Part shown: positions 13,054 to 23,289 of the stretch, piece by piece
Layout: the number at the start of each line of letters is the position of its first letter
Numbering within the stretch: the first letter of the stretch is position 1
Source of the DNA: Camelus ferus
Taxonomy: Eukaryota
Assembly: GCF_009834535.1 (NCBI RefSeq)
Contig: NC_045697.1
Location: 89,592,001 to 89,656,000, forward strand
Reading direction: 5' to 3'
Length of the DNA: 64,000 bases
Made by a program: the position numbers and the translations under genes
Notes under the pieces: model-generated
What the model was told of the DNA's origin: nothing
The model's database searches: none
What the model saw: the letters and a program-made list of their open reading frames with translations, nothing else

Positions 13054-15010
13054 GGCAATTCTTTGGTACCTCAGTTAGAGCAATATATGTATTTCCATTT
13101 CCAAATGAGACAAGAGGGAAGGGGGCAGGGCACAAGCACTAGAAGAATGACACAGCTATTAACACCAAGATGGTAGATAATTCAACTCCCAGTTAGACCT
13201 GAGCTTAAATATGCGCTCATTGAAATACAATAGCTGCTAAATGGCACTCCCACAGGCGTCAGGACAGTTTTAAGGCTGACCACAAAAGGTCAAAGGGTTG
13301 GTGATAGCCCAGATCCTGAGAATCCCAGCCTCTTCCCCCAAGTAGCTGGAATAATTTCCCTACTTCTTAGCATATGAAGCTACAAAGCCCATAAAAACCA
13401 GCAACACCACACCTCATGACAGCTCTCCCTTCTGAGCGAGACAGCCCGCACTCAGTCCATGGAGTGTGTATCTACTTTTACTTTAAACTGAGCACCCAAC
13501 CCCCACACCTCTTGGCCTTTCTCTTGCCTTCTGAAACAGCCTACAGTGTCTACGGAGTATGTATCGCTCTGAATAAATCTACATTTACCCAACTGTGGCT
13601 CACCCTTGAATTCTTTCCTGTGCAAAGCTAAGGACCCAGAGTTGGCAGTGCATGTCCCAGGGACTCAACTGAGACCTGGGACAGCCATCTTCTCACCTCA
13701 CAATTTTCCTGTTATCACAAAGCTCTCTTGATTTCATGGATAAAAGACAGTATAGAATTTGGTAACTCCAAGTGTCTGGCAAGTAAGAGGAAGCTTTCAT
13801 CATCTTCATCACCAGTGTCCCAACACTGTGGTGCTTTCTTTCCTCAGTCAAGTGGTCTGAGTCTACCAGAATGACACTGAGATTCCTCAGGTCACATACA
13901 TTTCCAGGTCAGTATATCTTGTGTGATAAATGATTAACTGCTGGCTTGAGTCACTTTTAACTAATTTCCTAAATGTCTTCTCTCTGGTGTGGCTAAGAAT
14001 CATGTGCCCAATTCCCCTTGCCTTCTCAGTCTGGCACACTCTAAGGAAAATCTGAGTATTGCACAATTGAAGTCTGGTAAAATTACACTTTATCCAAAAC
14101 AAACAGTGGGAGCACTACCAGAGGAGTTTATGGTTCTTTCCAGAAAAGCAGGATTTGGGGGATAACTCTTCTCAAGTCTGTTGCACTCTTGTGACGATGT
14201 CAACCGCAACCACTAAAACACAACATACTCCTTTTCTCCTGTGCCTAATTTTACCCTGAGTTAACTGGAGGAATCAACTTTCCCAAGGTGATTATTCTTG
14301 TTAATCATCTCTTCTCTTGTACCCTAGAAGTCTGTGAGTTCTCTTTAAACAGGGTATATAACTTCTTTTCAAAGGTCCCAGCCAGTCTGTAGGGATTGCC
14401 TTTAGATACTGGGAACATCATTCAAATTATGCCCCTGTTCTAATATTCATGGATTACCAGCCTATTCTTTTCACTTACACTAAAGGAAATTTGAAGGTTA
14501 CAAAAATACCCTTATGTAAATCGTTAAACGTGCCACTTTCTTTCAATATTCTTCGGTCAGTGAAAGATAATGAAGCATGCCATTATCAAGGTACTAGCTT
14601 CCTTCTTTCGTGCAGGCATTAAAAAAATCACATATTTTTGTAGCCATGATATTCATAAATGTTATATGTCCTTTGTGGAAAATGAGAGTTAAGTTTCAAT
14701 TAAACCAGATTTGTGAAGTCAATCCTTCTGTATCAGATCCTACACCAAGAAAGGGATGAAACATATATAGAGTCCATGCTAATTTCAGTTTAAGAAAAGT
14801 ACTGCCACTGTTGTTTTGTGCTTAGTTTCATATTTTCCCGAGAATGACTGAATACATATGTTGGCATTTCGAAGTGATGAACAGTGTCTAAAATCCTGAA
14901 TGAATATATTTGTGATTTAAAAACATTTTATCATAGAAAATCAAAATTGTTCAGCTGTATCTGAATTATTCAGAATATTAAGTAGTCTCATGATCTTCAA
15001 ATACTCATAG
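12960..15010 (+). pseudogene. EBLG: Endogenous bornavirus-like glycoprotein (G) remnant, interrupted by an ERV1 solo LTR
   Basis: 13810-13845 HQC/PTLWCFLSS vs YHCKTYWGFFGS; 13922 CDK*/INCW vs CNWFYCC; ~14070 LSIAQLKSGKITL vs VSQQELESGKAML (33 aa from the preceding Cys in both); 14297 LVNHL..EVCE vs LVHKL..EDCE; 14404 RYWEHH vs RSWLNH; 14609 RAGIKKITYFC vs RPGLKRVMWFG. Start position is uncertain. Confidence 0.8.
13106..13717 (+). mobile_element. ERV1-class solo LTR (612 bp) inserted in the EBLG
   Basis: TG...CA termini; 4-bp TSD caaa (13102-13105 / 13718-13721); cccataaaa TATA-like box; aataaa at ~13572. Confidence 0.88.
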
Positions 15011-15064
15011 TAAGAGATGTTTTCATTAATAGATAAATTTTTCTAAACCTTCATGAAATATTTC

Positions 15065-15155
15065 TTCCTTCAAATTGTGTTGAATGATTTAAAATATATA
15101 AATCACTTAGGAGTGTAGATTGCATATAATAAGCATTATAAGTGTTTGTTATGAT
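15065..15155 (+). mobile_element. MIR core/3' fragment within the EBLL 5' region
   Basis: gttgaatgatttaaaatatataaatcacttaggagtgtagattgcatataataagcattataagtgtttg resembles the MIR 3' core. Confidence 0.55.
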
Positions 15156-15950
15156 AAATACTAAATATTTATAAAAATATAAATTTAAACATAAAGCAAT
15201 CTTAATGTAAGAGTAATTTCCATTAAATTGTGAAGCATTTATCATGGGGAAATCAGTGTATTATATCTCCAATGTTATAAAAATAGATCAGTTTTGAATT
15301 CATATGTGCTTCAGTCATTTTTAATGTCAGTACACTATATATGTAACATGTTTAATAATTCCTATGTGAGAATTGAATTTCATATTTGGACAGAAAAAAG
15401 AAAGAATCTACCTGATGAAACATAATGTTCTTTCAATGTAAATTGATATGATGAAAATACATTCATTTTGAAAGCAAAAAATCATGCTTTAAATTACTCT
15501 AAAAAAGTTAATCTCAGAGCAGTAGTTCTATATACTTGAAAACAAAGGAAAACAAAGAACAAGATATTCCCAGAATTGACTGGAAATGCTGATGGGATCC
15601 TGCACAGGTCGTCATGCAAGCCTGGAATAACTGGAAGGCAATAAAAGTGTGACCAAAAAACTCATGGCTGAATTCCAAGATGAGCTACTTGCCGCGTTTT
15701 CTGTTGTGTCCTGGTGCAGAGCCCCGACGCCTAGCTGTCGAGTCAGAGGGATGCAGGGACACTCTGTGAGGGGCCCTGCCATCCAGACTGTCATCAAAAC
15801 ATGCTGCTTAAATAATACAGGTCATGAATGACTTCTGTTTATCATAAGTTGGGTGTTATGTACGTTCATAAACTACTCCATATTAACTCTTTTTTTCTTT
15901 TTCTTTTTCTTTTTCAAGATAGATTCCTATGGATTTTAAACCAGAGATAC

Positions 15951-16434
15951 TGTAACTCAGCAGGACCCTATGGGGCATTCCTGGGACAGACCCTCCCCCA
16001 TGTCCTCTGCTTGAGCTCCTCTCTGAAGTTCCAAGGTAACCGAGGTAACTGTATCTGATGCACACTTCCTGGTTGTTTTACATATGCTAAAACCACCACC
16101 AAGTGGAAAAAAGTAACTACTTGATGACCATGAGCACACAGCCCCCAGACCTACTGCTGCATAAGGATTGAGAATGTTAACCCCGTCACACCACCTTGCC
16201 ATCAACCAACCAGAGAATTGTGCATGAGCTAATCACACACCCTGGGACTCCCCCTCCCTCACTTCGCCTTTTAAAAGGCTTTCCCCAGACCCACTGGGGA
16301 GTTTTTGAGCACTGGCTGTCCTGGACTCCGTGTACTGCCGCTCGCAGCAAACACTTTGCTTTACCATGACCTAGGGTCAACAGGTTGGCTTTACTGCGTT
16401 ATAGGTGAGCTGGCCCAAGTTTGGTTAGGTAAAA
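15951..16434 (+). mobile_element. ERV1-class solo LTR inserted in the EBLL
   Basis: Starts tgtaac and ends ggtaaaa (degenerate ggtaaca); 4-bp TSD atac (15947-15950 / 16435-16438); ttttaaaa TATA-like region. Confidence 0.85.
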
Positions 16435-16599
16435 ATACCAGAGAGAAAAATTACCTTGAATTTATGTTAATTTTAAGAGGATTACTACTTTATTATTCCA
16501 TAATTTTTAACTTGAAAAACTATTATGACTAAAGTTTCTCACATGATGTATAAGATATCAGTACTCTAAGGAATAAAAATTGGTCTAAACAACTTAGTT

Positions 16600-17560
16600 T
16601 TAATAGGGAGTTATTATTTAATAGGTATAGAGCTGCTGTTTTGCAAGATGAAAAATTTCTAGAGTTTGTTTGCACAACAATGTGAATATACTTAACAATC
16701 CTAAAATGTATACACTTAGGAATGGTTAAGATGATAAATTTTATGTTATGTTTTTTACCACAATTTAAAAAAGTTGATTAAGCAATGCTTAGAACATTTT
16801 AATAAAAATGTTTGCTTAGAAACAGTCATGAGAAAGTAAGAACTTTGCTTCTCTCCTTTATATCCACAAATATCAATGTTTTTCTTATCTGTCTGTTCCT
16901 GTTATGAGAGCAATTGCTAGTACAACTGACTGGGCAATCCCAGCTCTCTTATTAATAATGTTTGCATGGAATGTATTTTCCCATCTTTCTACTTTCAACC
17001 CACTTATGTTTTTGAACGTAAGTTGGGTCTCCAATAGACCGCATGTAATAGGTTTTTACCTTCTTATTCAATCTGACAATCTCTGACTTTCCTTTAGACC
17101 ACTCGCACTTAAACAAATTATTGATTAATTATTAGCTGCATTTACATTTACTACTGTGTAATTTGCTTTCTATATGTCTCTTGTCTTAGTCCTCTGTTTC
17201 TCAGTTACTATTCTCTTTTGAGTTGAATAAATGTTTTCATGTACCTCTGATGATTTTTGTTATATATTTTCAGTTATTATTGATTGCTCCAGGGATTACA
17301 TTATTTACCTTTTCACAATCTACTTTAGATTAATACTAATTTAACTCTGATAAAATTTAAAAACTTAAAAGACATTCTGCTATATAACCATAGCACTATC
17401 ACACGTATCTAAGAAATTAACATCCATTAAATACCATCTAATATATAGCCACTATTTAAATTTCTGTGATTGTCCTGAAAATAATTTCTTGTTTCTTTCT
17501 TCTAAGTCTAGGATTTTTATCAAGGTTCAAGTATTGCATTTGGTTAGTATATCTCTGTTC
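16600..17560. mobile_element. Cluster of old L1 fragments (L1MB-like 3' end sense, then antisense/L1ME-like pieces) within the EBLL
   Basis: caagatgaaaaatttctagag...acaacaatgtgaatatacttaac...aatggttaagatgataaatt; aatgtttgcatggaatgtattttcccatc...aatctgacaatctctg. Confidence 0.75.
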
Positions 17561-17869
17561 TATTTTCAGCACTGCTGATTCTCAATAAATTCCTCCAACA
17601 CTGATCCAAATTTTTTTTTAAATTAAATATAAAAACTTTTCTCCAACATAAATAAATTTAAATGTGTTAATCAGTTTCTTAGGTAAGTAATCACTTTGAT
17701 AAAATGTAGGAGGAGACTAGAATATAGATTAGCAGTTCACCCATGTTAAGGGTAGGTTCCATTCAGACCCTATACTTTGAGTAAAACTGGATGTTCATAA
17801 ATGAACTACTAAAAATTTAATCCAACCTAATGAACTATCAAGCAAAACTAGTTCTGTATTTTACCATAA

Positions 17870-18350
17870 AAAGGCGGCCTTCCAAACCACCAGGAAGGCC
17901 AGGATAAATCTGAAGTTCTCACACTTCTCAGGTGTCTGTGCTTGAATGTGTTGGCCCGGAGAGACCCGGACCCCAGCTCCATGTCTTTGGCCCACAACTT
18001 GCCCCCACTGTCTTCTATCACTGTCCTTTTCTTATTCCTGGAGGGACTTCATGCTCACCAGTGTGAGCATTCCAGCTGTTACTTTTAGGCTCTAAACAGT
18101 CTCTGTAAGAAGCCTCTCCTTGGCCATTCTTTGGGCCCAGAAGTGTGTACACATCAGTATGTCCTCAGGAGGAGAGACTCAAAGAAGAGGCTCACATAGG
18201 AACTGGGAGCATGGGTCTGGGCCATTCAAGCAAGGCCTTCTAAGGTCCTGGGTACCTAGAACACGGTCCAGAAGGGAATCCGTGGGTTCTGGTTGGTCAT
18301 GACTTATTTAAACACTCCTCCTGGGGCAGGGCCTCTGTTGTCCTGGTTTA
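17870..18350. mobile_element. Probable old non-autonomous DNA-transposon-like insertion within the EBLL
   Basis: GC-richer block with no L-like peptide, separating pre-motif A from motif A, which are close together in the viral L. Family not determined. Confidence 0.4.
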
Positions 18351-21300
18351 TACTATGTATTAAATATAATCATAATTTCTTACACTATTTGCTGATACTG
18401 TCCATTAATCCTAGCTAACATAAATAAGTGACTGGATACATGGATCATAATCATCATCATCTTTCTAACAACTAAGTCTCCTTGGTAATCTCAATTCATT
18501 TATCTTGGAGAACTCAATATCCTTCATTTTAACCATCACTGCATAGTGGGGGCTGTTTTTTGCTTTTTTTTTTTTTTGCCACAGGCCTAAGGATGCACAC
18601 ATAATCATCCTCCATAGGATTGTGTGTGCTAAAGCTAGTAAGGAGAATAGATCTTGTAGTAGAGAAACTTTAAGATATGAGATGGTCAGGAGCTATCTGG
18701 GAAGCCATTATTTTCAATTATTGCAACAAAAATCTAAAAATGATGTCATGCAGAAGAAAGGAGGGAAGGGAGACAATAAGTTCCAAACAATGTCCCTGGT
18801 CCTTTTAGGACTGAGCCAAACCTCACCATGGTGCTTTCCTCCAAGGTTTAGGGACCTGATTAAATGACCACTCTATGTTGTTCAGGACCCTAAATTAAAT
18901 GGACATTATCCCCAAAAAAGTATGAGAACTATAGAAATAGCCATCAGCTTATTAATAAGAAGACGTTCCTCTTTGTTTTATCTGAGAATACCATTTATTT
19001 TTGTACTAGTTCTAGAGCAGCTTGCTTCCTAATACTGTGACAGATTTTCAATCTGTAACCTGTGAGTGCAGGGCATCCCTGTGAGTGCGACGGGCCATAT
19101 GGTGCTTTTCTGCAGTCATATGGAAACCCAGCTGGGCCGCCTAAAGATTTATGATCAATTATCTATGCTCAAAGGCCATAAACCCATTGAACAATGGCTC
19201 TTTCTGAGTTGCTACGTGAGGAAAATAACCAGCTTATTGTAGAGTTCCTTTGTCAATAGAAGAAGTTATTAACCCAAATTACACAAGTTTATACTTCAAA
19301 TGAGCTCTTTCGTTGATAATAAAATATTAAAGTGTTTTGAAAGAAGTTTTAGTCTTCAAATAAACATATCCACAGACACAAACATACACACAGAACACAC
19401 ACTCACACACATAAACACTATCAGACTTTCTGATATGACTTATGTAAACACTGCCGTAGGAGTTATATATGAAAATGATGGTTTTTAATTGTTTTCCTCC
19501 TGTATTTTCATTATTATTTTATTCTAAGTGGGACCAGCCTGGAGAATATTTTATGAATTGAATTCTCATTTGTGAGTCTTGTTATCATCTAATTGTGTAT
19601 TGTCCTTTCTAATTTGGTGGCTGACAGCTTTGGGGAAAATACTGTGTTCTCTTCAGGATCTCCTTAACGTAAAGATTAGCTTATTGGTAGTTTTTTCACA
19701 GGTTTACCACGCTTCCTGGCATGTGTACATGTTTTATTTTCGCACTGTGCCAGGAGGAGTTTGAGAAAGAATCTCTATAAACTACTTTTACTAGTTTGAG
19801 TAAAAGTTACATTTATTAGTGCTTCATTCCCAATATTAGTATTCTGAAGAAAGCTGTCCCTTTATAAGAAGAATGGAAAATAGTAACTTCTAACTCTGTT
19901 GCCCAGAAGGGACGCATGTAGAATGATGGAAAACCTTAAAACTAGACCGAGGCAGCGTCAGAAATAGGGCCATTAATTTTCTAATCTTCTAATTTCTTTA
20001 GGATAAAAATCTGAGATTCACAAAAAATCTGTATTTGTTAGGTTGCATCAGACGTCACATGTGAATTATTTACCTCCAGAGGCTCCATATTAGAATGAAC
20101 TCTGTGCTATAAACTATAATCAAGTGTCTGATATTTTTATCACTATGAATTTATGACACACATTCATTTAAGTTTATTGACATGCTAATATCCTGTGTAA
20201 AACCCAACTGATTGTTTTTTATTGTAAATATAGCTTTGCTTGTTTTATTTTTATAATGAATCTCTAAAAGGATCCGTAACTATGATTAACTGAAAAGCTC
20301 AAATGGCTTGTAATATGGACAGGATTTTTTTGACAAAATCTTGAACAGTTAATAATTATTCATGCCCTGCCCACTTCAACAAAAAGATCAGACTACTGCT
20401 TCAATACTACTACAGAGAAAATGAAAATCTATTTTATAAGTAATTTAAAAATCTATTTTTGTCAAAACAAAAATCAATAAATTTTGAATTTTGATACTTT
20501 TTTTAATTAATTGAAGTTTTTGATGATATATTGCCAATCAACATATTCTGAACTTATAAATTACACATAACTTTTTTCTAGACTATCATTAATATCCAAA
20601 AATTCATTCAAATACAGCCAAAACAAATATTATTTTCACTAAATTAGTTTTTAAAATTACTAAAATCAATACAAGAGTAGTTGTGTTTTCTACAAGTGTT
20701 AACAAAAGTGGGCAAATGTTTAAAAAAGGTGCACAGATGTTAAATGTTAATATTAATGTTAATATGTTATCAAGCTTATAAAGATATTAGAAAATTAAAT
20801 GATTTTTTCTATAGATAGTTACTTAACTTAATGAGTTTTCCAGTGTCTTTCATCTTAACATAAGGAAAACATTTGTTGCTAAAATCTTGAATGGGACATA
20901 GATTTGACTCAGACACAAAAAATTGACATAAAATTCCAGAGCTTTCTCCACTGCACTATGATTTACTTGTCCTCGTATTCTTTGTGGACTGTTATATTGG
21001 GGGAGATCGTTAAGCCAGGAAGAAAAGAAAAATCTGAATGGGTGATTTCCAGAAAATTAATGATAGAGCTACTAATCTGTAAGGACATGTATGACCTTTA
21101 TCAAATCCCTGGGCTTTCCTAAATGCATCTGTTACTATCAAAAGAACTTCTTAGCTATAGAAAGTCTGTACTATGTGGAATCATAATGGCTGTATTCTTC
21201 CCAGAAATATAGTCAGTGTGACAAAACAGATTTAGGGAGTAAATAGTAAAGTTGTCCTTTAGACAAAATTTATCATAATATACCTATATGTACACAATAA

Positions 21301-22389
21301 TGCAAGTAGGAATCACAAATGTTGTTTAAAGTCTGTAAAATATTTTGAAAGTAATTATTAATTATTTATGCCTTGCTTAATTAGAAAATACAATTTCTGT
21401 TTGCTTTTAGATTTTCAGATTACTAAGACTGTTTTGTGTATGCTTGTAAGCTTTACCTTGGACAAGCTTTAGTGTTTATTCTATTTGCTATTTAGTCCTT
21501 GGCCTTCATTGCCACTGCTAAATCAATCAAACAACTTAAAAATGAATTCTGACTTTGAGACATAGCAGTGTTGTAAAAACATTGCCTCAAATTACAATGA
21601 CTAAGGATGTACCTTTTTAAATCTCCAAAATATAATGAGGGAGGAAAATGATATCCAAAGCTTCCATCTATTCGCACTCCTTCAGTAAAAATCAGAATAA
21701 TGAGCTCCCTGTAGTCATTAAAAATATGAGAGGTGATTTAATCGTTTTGGGGGCTCCCAACCTGATGCTTATCCTAGAACTATAGCTCAGACAAAGCATA
21801 TTTATCATGTACCGTAAGAAGTGAACCTATAAAATCTGTAGAGTAAGATGATATAAATCACCAGGCAGTAAATAGTCACTGGACCTCTGGACTTTTAGAA
21901 TTCCCACTTCTTCAATGAAGCAATATGAACTCTATAAGAATGGTAGAAGAAAAATTTAATGATCTAGAAGAGAGATGACAAACGGCGGATTAAGGGACTA
22001 AATATTCACTGGACTTACGGGGTTTAAAAAATTCTCATTTATTTAATGAAGCAAATAAATTCTTTATATGGTTGAAATATATATAAGGATGATCTATCAA
22101 AGAGGTTGCACACCCCTGGCCTGAGGGATTTAAAAATGTGTTGCATTTGCACTGAATTGAGTAGACAGGCAGTGTTGATTCCAATTTTACCTTCGTTGGC
22201 AACAATGAAAATCTTTAGTTTTCCTATAAAAATTCATTTTCTAATTTATGTGAAAATTGAAAGAATCTGGTAGCATGGTACCTCATTATTACAGTGATAA
22301 GTTATTAAATCTATGGAGCAGCTGCATCTTAGACAGAGTGCATTTACCTTTTATTGTGAATTGCACCTCTCGTTCTGAGTCATGAAGGC

Positions 22390-22655
22390 TAAATTTCACA
22401 AGGAACTGCCTTAAAGCCTTCCCTGACTACCCACCTATGCAGTTTATTCCCTATTCTTTCTCTGCACTATATTCAAGGCAATTATCACTGTTGAAAATAG
22501 TCTTCTTTGTTTACTTGTTAATGATTAGTCAAACTGTTATGGAACATAAATATCCAAGTGCAGGGATGTTGGCTGTGTAACTCCTTAGCATGTTCCCCAG
22601 GACCTAGAATAAAGCCTGGTGTACAGAGGAGTCTAAATAATAATTATTAAATGAA
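22390..22655 (+). mobile_element. L2 3' end
   Basis: aagccttccctgactaccc...ccccaggacctagaataaagcctggtgtacagaggagtc...aaatgaa. Confidence 0.65.
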
Positions 22656-23289
22656 CGCCATGTGGCTGTCAGTTGTTTATTTGCAGTAATGTTTCTGTTG
22701 TTTTGCTCAGGTTAAATTAAAAAAGTCAAGTTTTCCTTGTGGCTAAAACTCCAACACAGGTAAGAGATACAAAATTAACCAAGGGTTCCATATATTTACT
22801 TATACTTGACTTGCTTCACATTTTCTTATCTTCTTTTTTGGAATTTTTTAAAGGACTACTTCTGCTCAGAGTGAACAATTATACCACTGCCCTTAACCAA
22901 GTCATCTTCCTACTTCATGTTGATTTGAAAAAGTCTGTTTATAATATATCAATCTTTATAAACAACTGTCTGTTCAATTGATTTTCACATCCTTTAAACA
23001 GTACTATTTAAAAATCATTACAGCTTTATCTTATACTGGTTCACATTCATCATTCTTATGGAGAACATTTTTTTTTAATAGTACCACCTATTTACCTTGT
23101 TAATTTTCCCAAGTGAACTCAAAGACGACTACCAGAATTGCAACACATTTATCAGAAACAACTTGTTCAATTCACAATAGTATTTCTAATTTTTCACATT
23201 ATTATATTAATTTCATCAATAGATAATATACTGATTTGATGAATGTTATTAATTTTGTTTCATGTATTTGTTGACAAATATTTTTAATA

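Larger units (their letters stand above)
9865..21790 (+). other. Near genome-length endogenous bornavirus-like element (N-[X]/P-M-G-L), degraded and interrupted by later TE insertions
   Basis: Dozens of short peptide matches to BoDV-1 N, P, M, G and L (recalled), all on +, in native order and mostly with native spacing. Subtracting the nested TEs (~3.4 kb) leaves ~8.5 kb, close to the ~8.9 kb bornavirus genome. Outer boundaries are approximate. Confidence 0.85.
15020..21790 (+). pseudogene. EBLL: Endogenous bornavirus-like RNA-dependent RNA polymerase (L) remnant, with internal deletions and TE insertions
   Basis: 15025 INR; 15363 YVRIEFHI vs RVRAQLELHI; 15661 LMAEFQDELLAAF vs LLSIFRAEFIKGY; 17720 EYRLAVHP/VKGRFHS vs EDRLTVLVP..VKGRFFS; 18479 SLVISIHLSW..F*PSLH vs SFVINLDYSSW..FRPELQ (motif A); ~18572 FFATG vs FFRTG; 18763 GKGDNK vs GQGDNQ (motif C); 18892 KLNGHY vs RLAGHN; 19246 SFVNR vs SLVNR; ~19420 IRLSDMT..NTAVG vs LRPRDMS..NVAYG; 19787 FTSLSKS..LVLH vs ITGLTKS..LVLH; 20016 IHKKSVF/GCI vs IHFQHVFTYGCL; 20292 EKLKW vs QKLPW; 20960 DL..IGGD vs DL..LGGD. 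Confidence 0.88.

Noticed and set aside
12651..14102. Minus-strand ORFs (12651-12860, 13887-14102) as a processed pseudogene or viral gene
   Set aside because: Only isolated, non-collinear resemblances; they are antisense shadows of the + strand M and G remnants.
14618..14630. TTAAAAAAATC as a viral termination signal or poly(A) remnant
   Set aside because: It lies inside the G-like frame (GIKKI), and G similarity continues beyond it.
18820..18835. TSPW match to L
   Set aside because: About 100 codons too early relative to GDN, and the intervening motifs are found downstream, so it is probably chance.
22711..22759. Plus-strand segment with a strong CAG/gtaaga donor
   Set aside because: Stops in all three frames and no other support.
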